Assembly (NCBI GenBank): GCA_963765575.1
Contig: CAVXWZ010000002.1
Span: 320,001 to 384,000 of the forward strand
Source of the DNA: an uncultured cyanobacterium
GTDB lineage: Bacteria; Cyanobacteriota; Cyanobacteriia; PCC-6307; Cyanobiaceae
Length of the DNA: 64,000 nucleotides
Direction of reading: 5' to 3'
Each line of letters starts with the position of its first letter. The first letter of the stretch is position 1. The notes beneath the pieces are model-generated. The model did no database searches, had not been told where the DNA came from, and saw only the letters and a list, made by a program, of their open reading frames with translations. Position numbers and translations under genes: made by a program. This document shows, one piece after another, positions 39,749 through 50,710 of this stretch.

Positions 39749-41053
39749 ATGCGCGAACCCGCAGCGATGACCCGCACGGATCCGCAGCTTCCAGATCCAC
39801 CCAGCAACGGGACGCAGACCACCGCAGCGGCCGAGACCCAGGCCAGCGACGGGCCGGCGATCAACAGCGACCCGGTCGTGATTGTGGGCGGTGGTTTCGC
39901 AGGGCTCTACACGGCCCTGGCCCTCTCCGAACAGGGCAGCCACCCCCCCCTGCTGCTGATCGAGCCGGGGGAGTGTTTCCTGTTCCTGCCCCTGCTCTAT
40001 GAACTGCTCAGCGACGAGTTGCGGAGCTGGGAAATCGCCCCCCGCTACGACGCCCTGCTCGCCGGCCGTGGCGTGGCCTGGCTGCAGGACCGGGTGGTGG
40101 CCATCGACGCCGGCCAGCGGCGCCTGCAGACGGCCGGTGGCCGGGAGCTGGGCTTCGGCCAGTTGGTGCTGGCCACGGGAGCCCGCACCCACAGTTTCGG
40201 CATTCCCGGGGTGGTGGAACACAGCCTGGGCTTCCGCAGCCTGGCCGATGTGGAGCGCCTCAAAGGGGTGGTCCAGCGCCTGCGGCACGAGCGCCGCCCC
40301 CTGCAGCGGCTGGCCGTGGTGGGCGCCGGCCCCAGCGGCGTGGAACTGGCCTGCAAGCTGGCCGACCTGCTCGACGGCGCCGCCGTGGTGGAGCTGATCG
40401 AGCAGGGGCCGATGGCGCTTCCCCAGGCCCGGGCCTTCAACCGTGAGCAGGCCAGCCTGGCCCTGCAGCGCCGGGATGTGCGCCTGCGCTGCGGCTGCCG
40501 GGTGCTGGAGGTGGGCGCCGACCACCTGGCGCTCGACACCAGCACCGGGCCGGAGCGGCTGGCCGTGGATGCGGTGGTGTGGACCGCCGGCCTCGACTTC
40601 GCGCCACCGGCCATCGAGCCCCAACCCGCCCGCGATCGCCGCGGAAGGCTGCTGGTGGAGCCCACCCTGCAGCTGCGCGGGCAGTCCCACCTGTTCGCCG
40701 CCGGTGACATCGCCTGCCCGGCCGGCGAGAGCGAAGACATGGGCGGGGGCGAGAGCGCCGACCCCTCGCCGCCCCTGCCCGCCACCGCCCAGGTGGCCTT
40801 TCAGCAGGCCACCTGCCTGGCGGACAACCTGATGCGGGCCCGGCGGGGGGAGACCCTGCAGCCGTTCCGCTTCCAGGATCTCGGCGAGATGATCAGCCTC
40901 GGCCGGGGCGAGGCCAGCCTCGTGGCCGCTGGCTTCACCCTCGCAGGCGGGGCCGCTTTTCAGCTGCGCCGCCTGGCCTACCTGTCGCGGCTGCCGGGCC
41001 GGACCCACCAGCTCAAGGTTGCCGCCGGCTGGCTGGCCGACTGGCAGCGATGA
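39749..41053 (+). CDS. ndbB: Type II NAD(P)H dehydrogenase family (NdbB-like)
   Basis: VIVGGGFAG, FLFLPLLYE, VVGAGPSGVELACKLAD, ATAQVAFQQ. Confidence 0.8.
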   Translation: MREPAAMTRTDPQLPDPPSNGTQTTAAAETQASDGPAINSDPVVIVGGGFAGLYTALALSEQGSHPPLLLIEPGECFLFLPLLYELLSDELRSWEIAPRYDALLAGRGVAWLQDRVVAIDAGQRRLQTAGGRELGFGQLVLATGARTHSFGIPGVVEHSLGFRSLADVERLKGVVQRLRHERRPLQRLAVVGAGPSGVELACKLADLLDGAAVVELIEQGPMALPQARAFNREQASLALQRRDVRLRCGCRVLEVGADHLALDTSTGPERLAVDAVVWTAGLDFAPPAIEPQPARDRRGRLLVEPTLQLRGQSHLFAAGDIACPAGESEDMGGGESADPSPPLPATAQVAFQQATCLADNLMRARRGETLQPFRFQDLGEMISLGRGEASLVAAGFTLAGGAAFQLRRLAYLSRLPGRTHQLKVAAGWLADWQR

Positions 41054-41691
41054 GCCGCGGCCAGCCCCCCCGCGGCCTGCTGTTCGATGCGATGGGCACC
41101 TTGATCGGCCTGCGCGAAGCGGTGGGTCGCACCTATGCCCGGGCAGCAGAACGCCATGGGATCACGGTGGCGCCTGAGGCGCTGGAGCGGGCGTTCCGCA
41201 ACGCCTATCGCCAGGCCCCGCCGCTGGCGTTCCCCGGGCTCAGCGGCGGTGCTCTGCACAGCGCCGAACTGGGCTGGTGGGGCGACCGCATCAGCGCCAC
41301 CCTGGCCGAGGCCGGCGCTCCGCCAGCCCCCGAGGAGCTGGTGCGGGAGCTGTTCGCGCACTACGCCAACCCTGCCTGCTGGCACGTCTATGACGACGTG
41401 GCCGCTCACCTGGAGCGCTGGCATGGCAGTGGCCTGGGGCTGGCAGTGGTGAGCAATTTCGACAGCCGGCTGGAGGGTCTGCTGGAGGGGCTGGGGCTGG
41501 CCCGCTGGCTGACCCTGGTGGTGGTCTCCAGTGCCGCCGGCGCCGCCAAGCCCCATCCCGCTCCCTTCCGTCTGGCGCTGGAGGGCCTCAACCTCAGCCC
41601 CAACCAGGCCTGGCATGTGGGCGACAGCCCCGAGGATGTCCAGGGAGCGGCGGCAGCGGGCCTGCGCTGCCTGCTGGTGCGCCGTTCTTGA
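41050..41691 (+). CDS. HAD-IA family hydrolase
   Basis: LLFDAMGTL, VVSNFD, KPHP, HVGDS. Confidence 0.88.
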   Translation: MSRGQPPRGLLFDAMGTLIGLREAVGRTYARAAERHGITVAPEALERAFRNAYRQAPPLAFPGLSGGALHSAELGWWGDRISATLAEAGAPPAPEELVRELFAHYANPACWHVYDDVAAHLERWHGSGLGLAVVSNFDSRLEGLLEGLGLARWLTLVVVSSAAGAAKPHPAPFRLALEGLNLSPNQAWHVGDSPEDVQGAAAAGLRCLLVRRS

Positions 41692-43406
41692 GACAAGGTG
41701 TGCTGGGAGGCCGCACGGCGGGCCTGAGGCCATCCCAGCGCCGGCGGCTGGAGCAGCTCTGCCACCGCCGCCACCCGCCAGCGGCGGTGGCAGAGCTGCT
41801 CAGCCTGCAACGTCTGGCGGCCGAGAGCCGCGACCTGGGGCTGCCACTCACCCTGGTGATCGATGGCCGCGGCCTCTGTCGCCTGCTCTGGGTGGGCCCC
41901 CTGCAGGCCTGGGGCCAGAGCAACGAAGGCCTGCCAGGAGCCCGGCGCGGCCAGGCCAGAGATCTGCGCCTGGTGACGTGTTGTGGCCGCGGCCGGCGCC
42001 TGGCGCCGGACCGGCTGGAGGGGGTGGCGGCCCTCGACCTCGAGCCGCTGCTGTGGCTGCGCTACGGGGACCAGGCAAGCGCGGGGGGCCAGTGGCCGGC
42101 CCTGCTGCTTGAGGCCAGCCGGGCCAGCACTGAACCCTGGCCGGTGAGTGAGCAAGGCGAACTGGCCCGGCTGTGCGGCATCGATCCCCAGAGCCTTTCC
42201 GGCTCCGGCGGCCCCCTGCAGGATTGCGAGGCCGAGAGCGCCGGGCCCGTCGCCGCAGCGGCTGAGGGCCATGGCGAACGGGTGTTGCTGCTGGCCCTCA
42301 GCCCCGCCGACCGCGGCCTGGCCCAGCGCCGGATCGGTGAGCTGGAGGGACTGGTTCGCAGTGCCGGAGCCGATCCGGTGGGGGTGGTGGAGCAGCGCCG
42401 CAGCCAGCTGACACCCCAGACGATCTGGGGGGAGGGCAAGCTCGGCGAAGCCGCTCTCGAAGCCCGCAGGGTGCGGGCCACGCTGGTGGTGACCGACCGG
42501 GAGCTGACACCGGTGCAGGGCCGCAATCTCGAGCGCCTGCTGGATCTGCCGCTGAGCGACCGCAGTGAGCTGATTCTCGACATCTTTGCCCAGCGCGCCG
42601 CCAGTGCCGCCGGCCGCCTGCAGGTGGAGCTGGCCCAGCTGCGCTATCGCCTGCCCAGGCTGCTGGGGCGAGGGCGCAGCCTCTCCCGCCAAGGGGGCGG
42701 CATCGGTACCCGCGGACCCGGCGAAACCCAGCTGGAGAAAGACCGACGGGCCATCGCCCGCCGCATCGAGCGGCTCCAGCGGCAGGCCCGGGAGCTGGGG
42801 GAACACCGGGCTCGACTGCGGGAGCGGCGGCAGTCGCTGCGGCGCCTGGCCCTGGTGGGTTACACCAATGCCGGCAAGAGTTCCCTGCTCAATGCCCTGG
42901 GCCGGGGCGGCAGCCGCCAGGCGGTGCTGGCCGAGGACAAGCTGTTCGCCACCCTCGACCCCACCACCCGGCGCATCGAGCTGGCGGCTGCCGCCGGGGG
43001 CGCCCCCACGCCGGTGCTGATCACCGACACGGTGGGCTTCATCCGCGACCTGCCGCCACAGCTGCTGGAGGCCTTCCGCTCCACCCTTGAGGAAACCCTC
43101 GCCGCCGAAGGGCTGCTGGTGGTGGTGGATCTGAGCGATCCAGCCTGGCCCGACCAGCTGCGCACCGTGCACGCCATTCTCGACAGCCTGGGTTCGACAG
43201 CCCCCCGGCGGCTGGTGGCCAACCAGATCGACCGCTGCACAGCCGGCGAGCTGGAGCGCGCCCGGGCGCTCGATCCCGGCGTCCTGTTCGTGTCGGCAAC
43301 GGCACGCCTCGGCCTCCAGCACCTGCGCTCCGAACTGCACGATTGGCCGCAGCGGACGGAGCTAGCTGGGATCCCACTAGAAGTACAGCACTCTGATGGG
43401 GAATAA
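41688..43406 (+). CDS. hflX: GTPase HflX
   Basis: GTRGPGETQLE, VGYTNAGKSSL, LFATLDPT, DTVGFI. Confidence 0.95.
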   Translation: MRQGVLGGRTAGLRPSQRRRLEQLCHRRHPPAAVAELLSLQRLAAESRDLGLPLTLVIDGRGLCRLLWVGPLQAWGQSNEGLPGARRGQARDLRLVTCCGRGRRLAPDRLEGVAALDLEPLLWLRYGDQASAGGQWPALLLEASRASTEPWPVSEQGELARLCGIDPQSLSGSGGPLQDCEAESAGPVAAAAEGHGERVLLLALSPADRGLAQRRIGELEGLVRSAGADPVGVVEQRRSQLTPQTIWGEGKLGEAALEARRVRATLVVTDRELTPVQGRNLERLLDLPLSDRSELILDIFAQRAASAAGRLQVELAQLRYRLPRLLGRGRSLSRQGGGIGTRGPGETQLEKDRRAIARRIERLQRQARELGEHRARLRERRQSLRRLALVGYTNAGKSSLLNALGRGGSRQAVLAEDKLFATLDPTTRRIELAAAAGGAPTPVLITDTVGFIRDLPPQLLEAFRSTLEETLAAEGLLVVVDLSDPAWPDQLRTVHAILDSLGSTAPRRLVANQIDRCTAGELERARALDPGVLFVSATARLGLQHLRSELHDWPQRTELAGIPLEVQHSDGE

Positions 43407-43506
43407 GTTGCCTCAGCGCACCAGCAAGGCCAGAAAGGAGCTTGGCACTGGCGATTCAGGGGCATTCATTCCCGAGTATTGAAGTGGCATATAGTGATTC
43501 GCCAGC

Positions 43507-45342
43507 GTGGCCGTTCCCGGCCTGGCCATGATCGCCCCACTCCCGGCCGGCTTCCAGCCCGATGCCGTCATCACCCTGGTGGTGCTGGCCGGGTCGGTGC
43601 TGCTGTTCATCAGTGGCCGCCTGGCTCCGGAAGTCACCGGGCTGCTGGCGGCCGGGCTCCTGATCGCCACCGGCGTGCTCACCCCCAACGAGGCCCTGCG
43701 GGGCTTCGGCAGCCCGGCCCTGATCACCCTGCTGGGCCTGTTCGCCCTCTCAGCTGGCCTGTTCCGCTCGGGGGGGCTTGACCGGCTGCGGGCGCTGATC
43801 GGCTCTGACGCCATCCGCAGTCCGAAGCGCATGATCGCGTTGATGGCCGGGGTGGTGGGGCCGGTCTCCGCCTTCATTCCCAACACCCCGATCGTGGCCA
43901 CCCTGCTGCCGGTGGTGGAGGGCTGGTGCCACCGGCGCGGCATCTCTCCCTCCAAGGTGCTGCTGCCGCTGTCGTTCTCCACCGTGCTCGGGGGCACCCT
44001 CACCCTGCTCGGCAGCTCGGTGAACCTGCTCGCCGGGGAGGTGAGCGACAAGCTCGGCTACGGCGGATTTGAGCTGTTCAGCTTCACGGGCATCGGCGTG
44101 GGCGTTTGGCTGGCTGGCAGCCTGGTGATGGTGGTGATGGCCGATCGCCTGCTTCCCGACCGCGGCTACGACGAGGACGAGCTGATGGCCAGCCTCTCCA
44201 GCGGTGGCTACCTCACTGAGGTGGAGATCCCCCGCGGCTCGGAACTGATCGGCCAGTCCCTGCATGGCAGCCGCCTGCAGCGGCGCTACGACGTGGACGT
44301 GCTGGAGCTGCACCGGGACGACGGCCGCTTTCTGCCCCCCCTGGCGGATCGCACCTTGAAGCGGGGAGACCGTCTGCTGCTGCGCTGCTCCCGGGCGGAT
44401 CTGCTGCGCCTGCAGCAGGAGCGCACGGTGGTGCTGGCCCCCACCCCGGAGGACAAGGACAAGGGGCGCGTCGACGATCTGCTGAACAGCCAGCGCACGG
44501 TGGAGGTGCTGCTGCCCTCCGGCTCCACCCTGGCCGGCGACTGCCTGCGGGATCTGCGCTTCCGCCAGCGCTACAACGCCACGGTGCTGGCCCTGCGGCG
44601 GGGCAATGCCGTGCTGCGGGAACGGCTGGGCCAGGCCGTGCTGCGCGAGGGTGATGTGCTGCTGCTGCAGGGCCCGCGGGATGCCATCCGGGGCCTGCAG
44701 GCCAACAACGACCTGGTGGTGCTGGAGCAGCTGGAGAAGGACCTGCCCAGCATCAGCCACAAGGGCATCGCCCTCACCATCACCGCCCTGGTGATCGTGG
44801 TCTCGGGCCTGGGCTGGATCCCCCTGGTGGCCGCGGTGCTGCTCGGTACGGCGGCGATGGTGGCCAGCGGCTGTCTGCGCCCCGGCGAACTGCAGCGGGC
44901 CATCCGCCTGGATGTGATCCTGCTGCTCGGCTCCCTGGCCAGTTTCAGCGTCGCCTTGCAGAAAACCGGCCTCGCCGAGGCCATGGCCCAGGGGCTGCTG
45001 CAGGGCCTGCAGGGCTGGCCGATCTACAGAGCCCTGCTGGTCGTGTTCCTGTTCACAACCCTGCTCACGGAAGTGATGAGCAACGCCGCCACCGTGGTGC
45101 TGCTGATCCCGATCGCCGGGCAGCTGGGCCTGGGCCTGGGCTATCCCCCCCTGGCCTTCGTCTACGCGGTGCTGTTCGGAGCCAGCCAGAGCTTTCTCAG
45201 CCCAGTTGGCTACCAGACCAACCTGATGGTGTTCGGTCCTGGCCGTTATCGCTTCCTCGACATTCCCCGCTATGGCTTCCCACTCACGCTCACCATGACA
45301 CTGCTGGTGCCGTTTCTGATCTGCCGGCACTTCAACCTCTAG
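43507..45342 (+). CDS. SLC13/CitMHS permease with two TrkA-C domains
   Basis: SAFIPNT, LGGTLTLLGSSVNL, EVMSNAAT, SPVGYQTN. Confidence 0.88.
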   Translation: MAVPGLAMIAPLPAGFQPDAVITLVVLAGSVLLFISGRLAPEVTGLLAAGLLIATGVLTPNEALRGFGSPALITLLGLFALSAGLFRSGGLDRLRALIGSDAIRSPKRMIALMAGVVGPVSAFIPNTPIVATLLPVVEGWCHRRGISPSKVLLPLSFSTVLGGTLTLLGSSVNLLAGEVSDKLGYGGFELFSFTGIGVGVWLAGSLVMVVMADRLLPDRGYDEDELMASLSSGGYLTEVEIPRGSELIGQSLHGSRLQRRYDVDVLELHRDDGRFLPPLADRTLKRGDRLLLRCSRADLLRLQQERTVVLAPTPEDKDKGRVDDLLNSQRTVEVLLPSGSTLAGDCLRDLRFRQRYNATVLALRRGNAVLRERLGQAVLREGDVLLLQGPRDAIRGLQANNDLVVLEQLEKDLPSISHKGIALTITALVIVVSGLGWIPLVAAVLLGTAAMVASGCLRPGELQRAIRLDVILLLGSLASFSVALQKTGLAEAMAQGLLQGLQGWPIYRALLVVFLFTTLLTEVMSNAATVVLLIPIAGQLGLGLGYPPLAFVYAVLFGASQSFLSPVGYQTNLMVFGPGRYRFLDIPRYGFPLTLTMTLLVPFLICRHFNL

Positions 45343-45422
45343 GGTCAGTGCAGGCAGCCGCGTCAGCGCATCACCACGTCTAAATTTTCAACGTCCTCCC
45401 TTCGTCTTCAATCGTCTCTGTC

Positions 45423-46058
45423 ATGAGCCTTCAACTCGGCGACACCGTGCCCGACTTCAGCCAGAACTCCCAGCTGGGCCCGATCAACTTCTACGACTTC
45501 GCTGGCGACAGCTGGGTGGTGCTGTTCTCCCACCCTGCCGACTACACCCCTGTCTGCACCACCGAACTCGGTGAGGTGTCGCGCCTGCGCCCGGAGTGGG
45601 AGAAGCGCAACGTCAAAACCATTGCCCTCAGCGTTGATTCTGCGGAGAGCCACAAGGGCTGGATCGGCGACATCAACGAAACCCAGTCAACCAGCGTGGA
45701 TTATCCCATTCTGGCCGACGAGGACAAGAAGGTTTCTGATCTCTACGGGATGATCCACCCCAACGCCCTCAACAACCTCACGGTGCGCTCGGTGTTCATC
45801 ATCGATCCCAACAGGAAGCTGCGCCTGCAGATCACCTACCCCGCCAGCACCGGCCGCAACTTCGATGAGATCCTGCGGGTGATCGACTCGCTGCAACTCA
45901 CCGACTACCACCAGGTCGCCACCCCGGTGAACTGGAAGGACGGTGACGACTGCGTGGTGGTGCCCTCCATTCCCACCGACCAGGCCCGCAGCAAATTCCC
46001 CAAGGGAGTCACGGAGATCAAGCCCTACCTGCGCATGACGCCCCAGCCCAACAAGTGA
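45423..46058 (+). CDS. 1-Cys peroxiredoxin (Prx6)
   Basis: FSHPADYTPVCTTEL, YPASTGRNFDE, ATPVNW. Confidence 0.95.
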   Translation: MSLQLGDTVPDFSQNSQLGPINFYDFAGDSWVVLFSHPADYTPVCTTELGEVSRLRPEWEKRNVKTIALSVDSAESHKGWIGDINETQSTSVDYPILADEDKKVSDLYGMIHPNALNNLTVRSVFIIDPNRKLRLQITYPASTGRNFDEILRVIDSLQLTDYHQVATPVNWKDGDDCVVVPSIPTDQARSKFPKGVTEIKPYLRMTPQPNK

Positions 46059-47239
46059 ACCGAGGCAGGCCAGGGGCGATGGCGGTGCTGGGGCTGATGA
46101 GCGGCACCAGCGCCGACGGGGTGGATGTGGTGCTGGCCCACTTCGCCGGCCCCTGCCACCGCCCCCGCTGGCGGATCCTGGCCGGCCACTCCACCCCCTA
46201 CCCCGACCCCCTGCGCCGGGAGCTGGTGGCGGTGGGCCAGGGGGCCGCGCGCAGCAGCGCCGAACTGCTGGATCTGGCCGAGGCCGTCACGGAACTCCAG
46301 GCGGCGGCCGCCCGGGCCTGCGACCCCGGCGGCCAGGCCCAGCTGGTGGGCTGCCACGGCCAGACCATCTGGCATCGCCCCCCCGCCAGGGGCCGGCGGG
46401 GAGCCAGTTGGCAGCTGCTGCAGGGCCCCCTGCTGGCGCAGTTGCTGCAGCGGCCGGTGGTCCACGACCTGCGGGCCGCCGACCTGGCCCTGGGGGGGCA
46501 GGGGGCTCCCCTGGTGCCGGCGGCCGACGAGGCCCTGCTAGGCCGCATCGGCGGCTGGCGGGCCGTCCTGAATCTCGGCGGCATCGCCAATCTCACCCTG
46601 ATCCCACCCCGCAGCGGCCCCGACCGCCACCAGGCCGTGCGGGGCTGGGACTGCGGCCCCGCCAACACCCTGCTGGACCTGGCCGTGGGTCACTTCAGCG
46701 GCGGACAAGAGAGCTTCGATGCCGGCGGCGCCTGGGCCAGCCGCGGGCGGGTGGACGAGGGCAGCCTGGCGGGATGGCTGCAGGAGCCCTACCTGCAGCG
46801 GAGCGGGCCGAAGTCCACCGGCCGCGAGCTGTTCGGACAGGCCGATCTGGAGCGTCGCCTGGGTGACCTGGAGCAGGCAGCAGCCCAGGGGGGGGGAGGC
46901 CTGCAAGCGGCCGACGCCCTGGCCACCCTCACGGCCTTCAGCGCCGCCGTTGTGGCCCAGGACCTGGAGCGTGGTCCCAGGCCGGTGGAGCTGCTGGTGG
47001 CGGGCGGCGGCAGCCGCAATGGAATGCTGATGGCCGAGTTGCGGCGGCGCTGCCCAGGGGTGATCGTCAGGCCCCTGGCGGAGCTGGGCATCGCAGACTC
47101 CCAGCGGGAGGCCCTGGCCTTCGCCCTGCTGGCCTGGTGGCACCGGCATCACCATGGCGGCAATGCCCCCTCGATCACCGGCGCACGCCGGACGGCGGTG
47201 CTGGGGGTGAGCGCCGAACCGGCCGGACCAGCGTCCTAG
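46055..47239 (+). CDS. anmK: Anhydro-N-acetylmuramic acid kinase
   Basis: GLMSGTSADG, HGQT, GGQGAPLVP, NLGGIAN, KSTGRELF. Confidence 0.95.
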   Translation: MNRGRPGAMAVLGLMSGTSADGVDVVLAHFAGPCHRPRWRILAGHSTPYPDPLRRELVAVGQGAARSSAELLDLAEAVTELQAAAARACDPGGQAQLVGCHGQTIWHRPPARGRRGASWQLLQGPLLAQLLQRPVVHDLRAADLALGGQGAPLVPAADEALLGRIGGWRAVLNLGGIANLTLIPPRSGPDRHQAVRGWDCGPANTLLDLAVGHFSGGQESFDAGGAWASRGRVDEGSLAGWLQEPYLQRSGPKSTGRELFGQADLERRLGDLEQAAAQGGGGLQAADALATLTAFSAAVVAQDLERGPRPVELLVAGGGSRNGMLMAELRRRCPGVIVRPLAELGIADSQREALAFALLAWWHRHHHGGNAPSITGARRTAVLGVSAEPAGPAS

Positions 47240-47532
47240 TCAGGCCGCTGGAGGCGCAGGCGCCGCGGTGCCGCCCGCAGCCGTTGGGGGCGCTGACGCT
47301 CCAGCTGGCTGCGGAAGCGCGCGGCCGCCGCCGCATCCGCTGCGGCTGGCTGGGAGCGCTGGCCCTCGAAGCGCTCCACACCCTGCTGGATCAGCACCCG
47401 GGCCATGTTGCTCACGGTGCGGGCCTCGAGATCCGCCAACACGGCCAGCCGGCGGCAGAGATCTTCCGGGAGGACCACCTGGATCCTGGGCGACTTGGGC
47501 CGCCCGCTGGAGGAGGTTTGCCGCGTGGCCAC
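47236..47532 (-). CDS. Ribbon-helix-helix DNA-binding protein
   Basis: SPRIQVVLPEDL..RTVSNMARVLI. Confidence 0.75.
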   Translation of the reverse strand: MATRQTSSSGRPKSPRIQVVLPEDLCRRLAVLADLEARTVSNMARVLIQQGVERFEGQRSQPAAADAAAAARFRSQLERQRPQRLRAAPRRLRLQRPD

Positions 47533-47724
47533 GCCTGGGATGACGACGAAGGATCAGGGAACCGGAACGCAGAGCCGATCGGGACTGGGCAGGACGCAGG
47601 GATGCTTCCGGATCCTGATGAGTGTAGTCGGATGCGCTTGGGTAGTATCCGTGTCTATGCTGCCGGCAGAGATCCGCTCACCCGCTCCCTCGGATCCCGT
47701 GCGGTTTCAGCCCTGAGGTTTCCC

Positions 47725-47976
47725 ATGCCCAAAACCCGCGAGCAGCGCCAGGCCGAGCGCAGTGACGTGCTGGTGTCGGCCGTGATCAGCACCTACCTGC
47801 TCACCCACCTGCACCACGTGCTGCAACGGGCGGAGTACGGAGCCCAGCAGGACGGGCGCAAGGCCCTGGCCGCCAACTACGCCCAGCTGCGCAAGGTGCT
47901 CTGCCTCGACGCCCGCAGCATGGAGGATGCCTCAGCCAGCGGCACGCCGGTGAGCGACAACCCCCAGGCCGCCTGA
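47725..47976 (+). CDS. Conserved hypothetical protein (83 aa)
   Basis: SAVISTYLLTHLHHVLQRAEY..YAQLRKVLC; genome-like codon usage. Confidence 0.7.
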   Translation: MPKTREQRQAERSDVLVSAVISTYLLTHLHHVLQRAEYGAQQDGRKALAANYAQLRKVLCLDARSMEDASASGTPVSDNPQAA

Positions 47977-48056
47977 AGTCTCGATTCGGCCATCTGTAAC
48001 GGCAGGCTGCCGGAGCCCCACGGCACCCATAGGGTCAGAACAAACGGCCCGCCGCC

Positions 48057-48344
48057 ATGAGCACCAGCAGCCCCCAACCGCCTGCTTCAGACGCCCCCGC
48101 CAATCCCCCCAGCGCCGGAGCCAACGCCCCGGCCCTGTATGCCCGGCTCAGCGCTGACACCGCCCTCACCCAGTCCCTGTTCCGGCAGGCGCTGCAGGAT
48201 CCCGGCGGGGCCCTCGATCGCATCGTCGCCCTCGGCCAGGAGCTCGGTTTGCCGGTGAGCCGCGAGGAGGTGAAGGCCCATGTGGCCTCCCTCGATGATT
48301 CCGCCAGCAAACAGTGGCTGCTCAAGGCCCGTGGCGGCCTCTGA
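48057..48344 (+). CDS. Hypothetical protein, Nif11-like helical domain ending in GGL
   Basis: LYARLSAD..IVALGQELGLPVSREEV..ARGGL. Confidence 0.6.
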   Translation: MSTSSPQPPASDAPANPPSAGANAPALYARLSADTALTQSLFRQALQDPGGALDRIVALGQELGLPVSREEVKAHVASLDDSASKQWLLKARGGL

Positions 48345-48470
48345 GCGCGGCGAGCGAGCCGGACGGTTGACACCGCCGCCCTGGGCCCAGCTGAAGAACA
48401 GCCAGTAGCTCACGATCGCCAGACCCGCCGCCACCACCAGCGCCGCAACCTGTTCCAGGCGTCTGATCAT
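48087..48470 (-). CDS. Small single-TM protein; frame runs on through the opposite gene
   Basis: MIRRLEQVAALVVAAGLAIVSYWLFFSWAQGGG; true 3' end uncertain. Confidence 0.4.
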   Translation of the reverse strand: MIRRLEQVAALVVAAGLAIVSYWLFFSWAQGGGVNRPARSPRSEAATGLEQPLFAGGIIEGGHMGLHLLAAHRQTELLAEGDDAIEGPAGILQRLPEQGLGEGGVSAEPGIQGRGVGSGAGGIGGGV

Positions 48471-48614
48471 CGAGAACCAAAGGCGGCTTGCTGAAGTCTG
48501 ACCGAGCCGGTGCGTCCGGGTTGGGGGCAGCAGCTGCGGCACTGATGCGAAATGATGACGTGGGGTTGCCGTTCCTGCGGCGACCGCCTGTCCCCCATCC
48601 CCCCTCTCCGCCCA

Positions 48615-50342
<1,728 letters not shown>

Positions 50343-50384
50343 GCGACGCCCCAGGCGCGGAAACGGACACAGAACGGAAAGCTT

Positions 50385-50425
50385 GTCGCAACCGCTACGC
50401 AAGAACTTGCAACAGTTTGTAGCTT
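50385..50425 (+). promoter_or_regulatory. Candidate NtcA-type promoter with overlapping HLR1-like repeat
   Basis: GTC-N8-TAC (50385-50398), 21 nt, TAGCTT; minus strand GCTACAAA-CT-GTTGCAAG (50406-50423). Confidence 0.35.
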
Positions 50426-50457
50426 TAGCGCCGTACAAGCCCATTCTGGAGTCCGCC

Positions 50458-50685
50458 ATGACCCAACCCCTCGCCCTCTCCCTCGGCCAGCAGTTCGAAC
50501 TGGAGCGCATGAGCCGGGCCATCGACGAAACGGCCGACCCCGAAGTGCTCCAGGGCATCGCCAAGCAGCTGCTCCAGGCCTGGCAAAGCCAGAAGGCCGC
50601 CACCCAGTGGGTGATGCGCCAGCAGCTCGGCGCACCCTCCACCCTGGCCACAAGCATGGCCGGAGAGCAGAATCAGGCGGCTTGA
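50458..50685 (+). CDS. NblA-like small helical protein (75 aa)
   Basis: LSLGQQFELERM..LQGIAKQLLQAW; size and pattern of NblA. Confidence 0.55.
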   Translation: MTQPLALSLGQQFELERMSRAIDETADPEVLQGIAKQLLQAWQSQKAATQWVMRQQLGAPSTLATSMAGEQNQAA

Positions 50686-50710
50686 TCGATCCGGCCGCCG
50701 CTCCCCTCGA

